A stretch of DNA of 64,000 nucleotides from an uncultured Bacteroidales bacterium. Its GTDB lineage: Bacteria; Bacteroidota; Bacteroidia; Bacteroidales; VadinHA17. Of this stretch, positions 59,432-64,000 are shown piece after piece (the first letter of the stretch is position 1; every line of letters begins with the position of its first letter). Both the position numbers and the translations under genes were made by a program. The notes under the pieces are model-generated. The model had not been told where the DNA came from. It did not search any database and worked only from the letters and a program-made list of their open reading frames with translations. The stretch covers positions 329,739-393,738 of the forward strand of contig CAVXEU010000005.1 of assembly GCA_963760915.1 (NCBI GenBank). The letters are read 5' to 3'.

Positions 59432-60007
59432 TCATATCCTGGTGAAAGAGTCACTGAACCCGTCGGCATTTATACTGAAATGATAAATTTTTGCTCCCGA
59501 ATTTTTAATCTCGACTGTGACTTTACCTTTATTTTGCAGCAGAAAGATTCTGAACTGGCTGTAGTCGTTATTGTTTTTTTCAATTAGAATACCACCTGAG
59601 CTATTCCATCTTCTGGTAGAAATCATCTGAAGTTCCTGACCCGAGGAATTTGTAATTTTAATCTGAACAGGTTCACTGAACTCCTCAGTAGGACTGGATT
59701 TTTTCAGCTCGTGCAGAAATATTCCTGCACTTGATTTGTTAACAATTACCTCAGCATAGAGGTAATTTTTAGTTTGGGTAGAATCTGAAAAATCACCTTC
59801 AGTAACAAATCTAACAAACTTTATTCCTTCTGTTTTTCCTTCTTTAGGTGCAAATGAACCGATTGTCCAGGGATTCGCAGATGTTTTAATGGCGGAACCT
59901 TTGGATTTGACCGGAGAAGCAGGCCTGACATTTATTTCCTTTGGTGCATGTTGGTTGCTGCACCCGGCAAGAATTACCATAAAGAGAAATATACCTATTT
60001 TCAACAT
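59432..60007 (-). CDS. hypothetical lipoprotein
   Basis: 191 aa with lipobox VILAGCS. No family recognised. Confidence 0.55.
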   Translation of the reverse strand: MLKIGIFLFMVILAGCSNQHAPKEINVRPASPVKSKGSAIKTSANPWTIGSFAPKEGKTEGIKFVRFVTEGDFSDSTQTKNYLYAEVIVNKSSAGIFLHELKKSSPTEEFSEPVQIKITNSSGQELQMISTRRWNSSGGILIEKNNNDYSQFRIFLLQNKGKVTVEIKNSGAKIYHFSINADGFSDSFTRI

Positions 60008-60207
60008 AATGTAAGTTTACTTTTAATGAGCTGAAAATTATTTTGTGCAATATTTGTTATTTTATCTTAAAAAACAATGATTCGACAGTTTTTTACAGAT
60101 TCTGATTTATTCCCTTTTTCAGCATAGTCTCAATTTAGGTTTTGACGAGAAGCAGGCTCGGCTTTAGCGAACCCTATTAATTACAACCGGGAACAACATC
60201 CTTCCTG

Positions 60208-60630
60208 CTATTTCACCAAAACAATTGAAACAGCTTTTTTCCTGGTAATTATCATCATTTTTTCTTCTGCCCTCTGAGCACAATCAAAATTGTGCGCATG
60301 CAGGATTATATAGTTCCAAACTGTTTTTCCACCCCCTGTTTTTAAAATATGAGAGTAAATCTTGCTCAAACTTGCTTCCTGAATGAAGGTTTTGCCAAAA
60401 AGGAATGATTTCCCATTATCATTCATTGAAATAACCGGATTTAAACAAAGTGCACGAGCTATTAATCCCATCATACTTGTGAGGAATTGATTCTTTTAAG
60501 CTTTCTGAAAATTCAGGAAAGGTGAAAAATGCTTTGCTAAATGTTTCACGACTTAATCAATGCAAAAGCTGAACAAAATAACACCGGAATTGCCTCTGGC
60601 TCCAATTAATGCTGCCGATGCAATATTGAT
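60208..60630 (-). pseudogene. remnant of a DAK2/DegV (YloV-like) gene with a large internal deletion
   Basis: One frame encodes ...IASAALIGARGNSGVILFSF..* (DhaL/Dak2 signature GARGNSGVIL) at ~60553..60624. ORF 60208..60474 resembles only the C-terminal ~85 aa of DegV-type proteins. Together they are far too short for an intact gene. Confidence 0.4.
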
Positions 60631-60704
60631 TATAGTTTAAATTGTTTCGAGGATCTTATTAAATGGAACATAAGAATAAATGTGATCATCATTCCGGTGA
60701 AGGC

Positions 60705-63095
60705 TCAAAATTCCACAATCACACCAACAGTTGGGAGAACAGTTCCGGAAGTTCCACTGATATATTTCATGATATACCTTGAGGAATCGGATGTGATCAG
60801 TAACCGGAATGCCGTTGCTGTCGGTATCCCTTATCAGGATTGGCGGTTGAGCAGCTTTGGAATTAAGAACATTCTGAATATCTACATAAAGCATTAATGA
60901 CCATTTTTTGAAAAAATATCTTTTGTCGACCCTTATGTCGAGCTGGTTAAAACCTTTCAACCTCAGACTATTAAACCTGGTATAGTCGAGATACCCTTGT
61001 CCCTGCAGATCCCAGGCTTCTTTAAGCGAAGATTTTTCAACGTCGTAAGGAGTATAAGGAGCTCCTCCAACATATCTGAACTTCAACCCTAAGTCCCAGT
61101 TTTTATTGATTTTCTTTGTGCCGGTAAGACTGAATAAGTGTCTGTTATCCCATGCTGTCGGGATATATTCTCCATAATAGTTTTTGAATTCACTCCTTAC
61201 AAATGTATAAGCAAAAACAAGGTTGAGTCCCTTAAATTCTTTCACTCTTCCCAGGAACTCAACTCCATATGCCTGTCCCTGGGAAAATGATTTTAGTTCC
61301 TCATTACCAAAGATGCCATAATCGGCACCTTTGCTGGATATCGGTACAGAGTCCCTTACAGAAAATGGATAATCAGTGTAATGTTTATAAAATCCTTCAA
61401 TGGAAAGCTGAATATTTTCAATAGGAATGTATTCAATGCCTGCAACCAGATGATCAGCCCTGATATACTTAAGATTGTTTGACTTGTTGACCAGTACACC
61501 TGAATTATCGGCGTAACCGAGGGCAGTATATGGCGGAAGTTCGTAGTATCTTCCAACATTCATGTTAAGATTCAGTTTTCCTGTGATTGCATATGAAGCT
61601 GAGAATCTGGGCGAGATCTGGCTGGCAGGATTGCCATTGAAGATGAGTAATTGTTTGCATCCGTTCTCACTCCAAGCGAAAGCGTAAGTTTTTCACCTAA
61701 AAAAGACTTGCTGATCTGTCCGAATAACCCGTATTTGATCAGTTTCAGATTTGTGGTGTAATCAATTATCTCAGTTCCTGTGCCTGTAAATATCTTATTA
61801 TATGTTGAATTCCTGTAATGCGCATACTCTAACCCCGCACCGAAATTTAACCTGAATCCATTATCACCTATGATGGTTTTCTCATACCTTGCTTTTATTT
61901 CGCCTTCACCTGAAAGATAATTAAGTACTTTATTGGAATCAACCTCTACATTGTTCATGTATTTGTACTGGTTATTGTTAAGATAATTCCTGCTTAGAAC
62001 CCATGTATCATAGCCTTTTTCTATGAAATGTTTAAATACTGCCCCGAAAACATAGCTGTACTGAGTCTGAACCGGAATGTAGTCGAGAATATATTTCTGA
62101 AATTCTGTCTGATCTGCCTTAAGGTTAAGCTTGAAGTCATCTTTAGCACCAAGCCCTAACAAAGTAAGTTCATTTCTGGCATTAATTCTCCATTTATATT
62201 TGAACTGTAAATCAGTATAAGTAGGCAAAAATGGCAGTTTGAGGGCACTAAACAGAAACTGAAGATATGATCTCCTTACTGACATTATAATAGAACTGTT
62301 TTTCCCGGCAGGACCATCGAGTGTCAATCCAAGGTCAGATGCTCCGAGAGTGGCCCTGTATTTCATTTTTTCTTTATTCCCATCGATAAGGTTAAAACTA
62401 AGCACTGAACTTAGTGCATTCCCGCGCGACGCCGGGAAAGCACCGGAAATAAAGTCAACGGAGCGGACAAAGTCAACATTTATGATACCAACAGGTCCGC
62501 CGGAAGAACCCTGCGTTGAGAAATGATTAAGATACGGTATCTCAACATTGTCGAGATAGAACCTGTTTTCATTTGGGCCCCCACCTCTTACAATGACATC
62601 ATTTCTGAAAGCTGGTGTTGAGGCAACTCCGGGGAATGATTCTATTACCTTTGAAATATCCCTGTTTCCGCCAGGGTTACGTTCAATTTCATCGATCCCG
62701 ATGATACGTGCAGAAACAGGACTTTCAGCAGTCTTCCTGAAAGGGGAAGCCTTTATAACAACCTCATTTATCTGAAGCGTTGATTCCTCAAGAAGTATAT
62801 CGATATTTACCGTCTTGCTGTTTGTCACCATTATACCTTCTGAAACATAGGGTTTAAAGCCGATACATGAGGCACGGAGCACAACGAATCCGGGCTTTAG
62901 TCCTGAAAATGTAAAATTCCCGTCCTGATCGGCTATAACACCAATAGTGGTTTCCCATATAGCAATACTTGCAAAGGGAACTCCCTGGTTGGTTTTTGAA
63001 TCGATTACCTTTCCTTTTATTATGCCGGAGTTTGTCTGGCTGAATAGATTTGATGATAAGTTGATTATAAGAAGAACACTAAATGCAATTTTCAT
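60705..63095 (-). pseudogene. TonB-dependent receptor (CarboxypepD_reg + plug + barrel) with two compensating frameshifts
   Basis: ORF 61572..63095 holds the CarboxypepD_reg domain, the plug and the first barrel strands. Frame B is open from 61692 and carries NGNPASQISPRFSASYAITGKLNLNMNVGRYYELPPY... (ORF 60637..61563). The canonical end SGTSGTVLPTVGVIVEF* (stop 60705..60707) is back in the first frame. The total is 2391 nt, or 797 codons. Confidence 0.75.
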
Positions 63096-63230
63096 TAAAA
63101 ACAGGTTTGAATTATTAATGCGAAATAATATATGTCAACATTTTCAGAGACCGTTTCCGTTGGTCTGACAATTAAACAAATAAAGAACAAATATAGTTCA
63201 AAAAGTCAAATAAATAATACGTAAATGAAC

Positions 63231-63238
63231 TAAATTTG
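63231..63238 (+). promoter_or_regulatory. candidate -7 promoter box (TAAATTTG) for the MarR gene
   Basis: Exact TAnnTTTG 43 nt upstream of the ATG at 63281. Confidence 0.35.
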
Positions 63239-63280
63239 TGTAATTTTGTTTTTGGATAGAAAGGATCGTTATGAAAAAGA

Positions 63281-63958
63281 ATGAAATTACTTACAACCCT
63301 GATAAACCATTTCTTTTCCTTTGATACTGAAAAGGGTAACCAGGAAGAGTATTCATTTGATGAGTTTATAGGTTACCTGAATGCCAAATCAGAGAGACAA
63401 GATTTGGAAATCAGAAAATTGTCGGGTGAAAACAAAGAGTCGTTTAAATATGAACACGCAAGTGCCATCAGAGAAATCTCAATTTTGATTGTTCTGATGA
63501 ATCGTTATGCAAAATGGTATATTAAAAAGGTACTCATGGATAGTCTTTTACAAACTCCCGATGAGTTTTCATTCCTGATCACGCTTATGACTTACGACAG
63601 TTTGCATAAAAGTGAACTTATTACAAAGCAGGTAATGGAAAAGACTTCCGGTACAGAAATAATAAATCGGCTTGTCAGGAAAGGAATGATAGCTGAAACT
63701 GCCGATCAGAGTGATAGAAGAAGCATTAGAGTTTCAATTACTGAATCAGGGAGAGAGGAAATACTAAGGATACTTCCCCTGATGACCACAGTAACGGAAA
63801 TAGTAGTCGGAAATCTCAATGTTGAAGAGATCAACACCCTTTCATATCTCCTTAAAAAACTTGATTATTTCCATCACAATATTTACCTCAGCAAAAGAGG
63901 CCAGTCTTTCAGTGATATTTTGAGCTCTATTCCAAATTACAGGAAGCACAGGCATTGA
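63281..63958 (+). CDS. MarR family transcriptional regulator
   Basis: Winged-helix region ...SELITKQVMEKTSGTEIINRLVRKGMIAETADQSDRRSIRVSITESGRE. It lies divergent to the TonB-dependent receptor. Confidence 0.75.
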   Translation: MKLLTTLINHFFSFDTEKGNQEEYSFDEFIGYLNAKSERQDLEIRKLSGENKESFKYEHASAIREISILIVLMNRYAKWYIKKVLMDSLLQTPDEFSFLITLMTYDSLHKSELITKQVMEKTSGTEIINRLVRKGMIAETADQSDRRSIRVSITESGREEILRILPLMTTVTEIVVGNLNVEEINTLSYLLKKLDYFHHNIYLSKRGQSFSDILSSIPNYRKHRH

Positions 63959-64000
63959 TAAAAGTTATGTCAACAGAATTTATTAGTTGCAACCCTCACC

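Noticed and set aside
1-64000. Search for tRNA, rRNA, transposase, integrase, phage, toxin-antitoxin or known defence genes
   Set aside because: No ORF translation or intergenic sequence showed their hallmarks, such as tRNA T-arm GGTTCGA contexts, DDE or tyrosine-recombinase motifs, or nuclease/ATPase defence pairs. Eye-scanning cannot fully exclude small RNAs.

Overview
AT-rich chromosomal segment that looks like Bacteroidota. The evidence is two T9SS C-terminal sorting domains, TAnnTTTG -7 promoter boxes, a CarboxypepD_reg-type TonB-dependent receptor and many lipoprotein or signal-peptide starts. There are about 50 protein genes and no rRNA, tRNA, CRISPR array, transposase, integrase or phage gene. 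Gene content in order: mutS; three cation/proton antiporter ORFs; a 1524-aa T9SS cargo protein with seven near-identical 321-bp tandem repeats; exported MsrB and MsrA; OmpA; a loose island of secreted carbohydrate esterases, lyases and hydrolases (CE15, PL1, GH31, tannase/feruloyl esterase, CE1-like esterase, SGNH) with a Tat-signal enolase-superfamily enzyme; M3 and M28 peptidases; an FtsX-type permease; an O-methyltransferase; a hotdog thioesterase; an OMP-phosphoesterase pair lying divergent to an NtrC-type two-component system; a Tat-signal TIM-barrel enzyme; a carboxylesterase; a pyrimidine-dimer glycosylase; a peroxiredoxin; a TPR histidine kinase; a TonB-dependent receptor; and MarR. 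Four things stand out. (1) About 8 of the roughly 50 genes are frameshifted or reduced to remnants. (2) A ~105-nt noncoding element, ~83% identical between copies, sits directly 5' of two unrelated minus-strand genes. (3) A near-perfect CRP/FNR-type palindrome lies in a 765-bp intergenic region. (4) The repeat array in the giant T9SS protein contains a 642-bp higher-order duplication. I did not recognise any defence, toxin or mobile-element system. All family calls come from reading motifs by eye, not from database searches.
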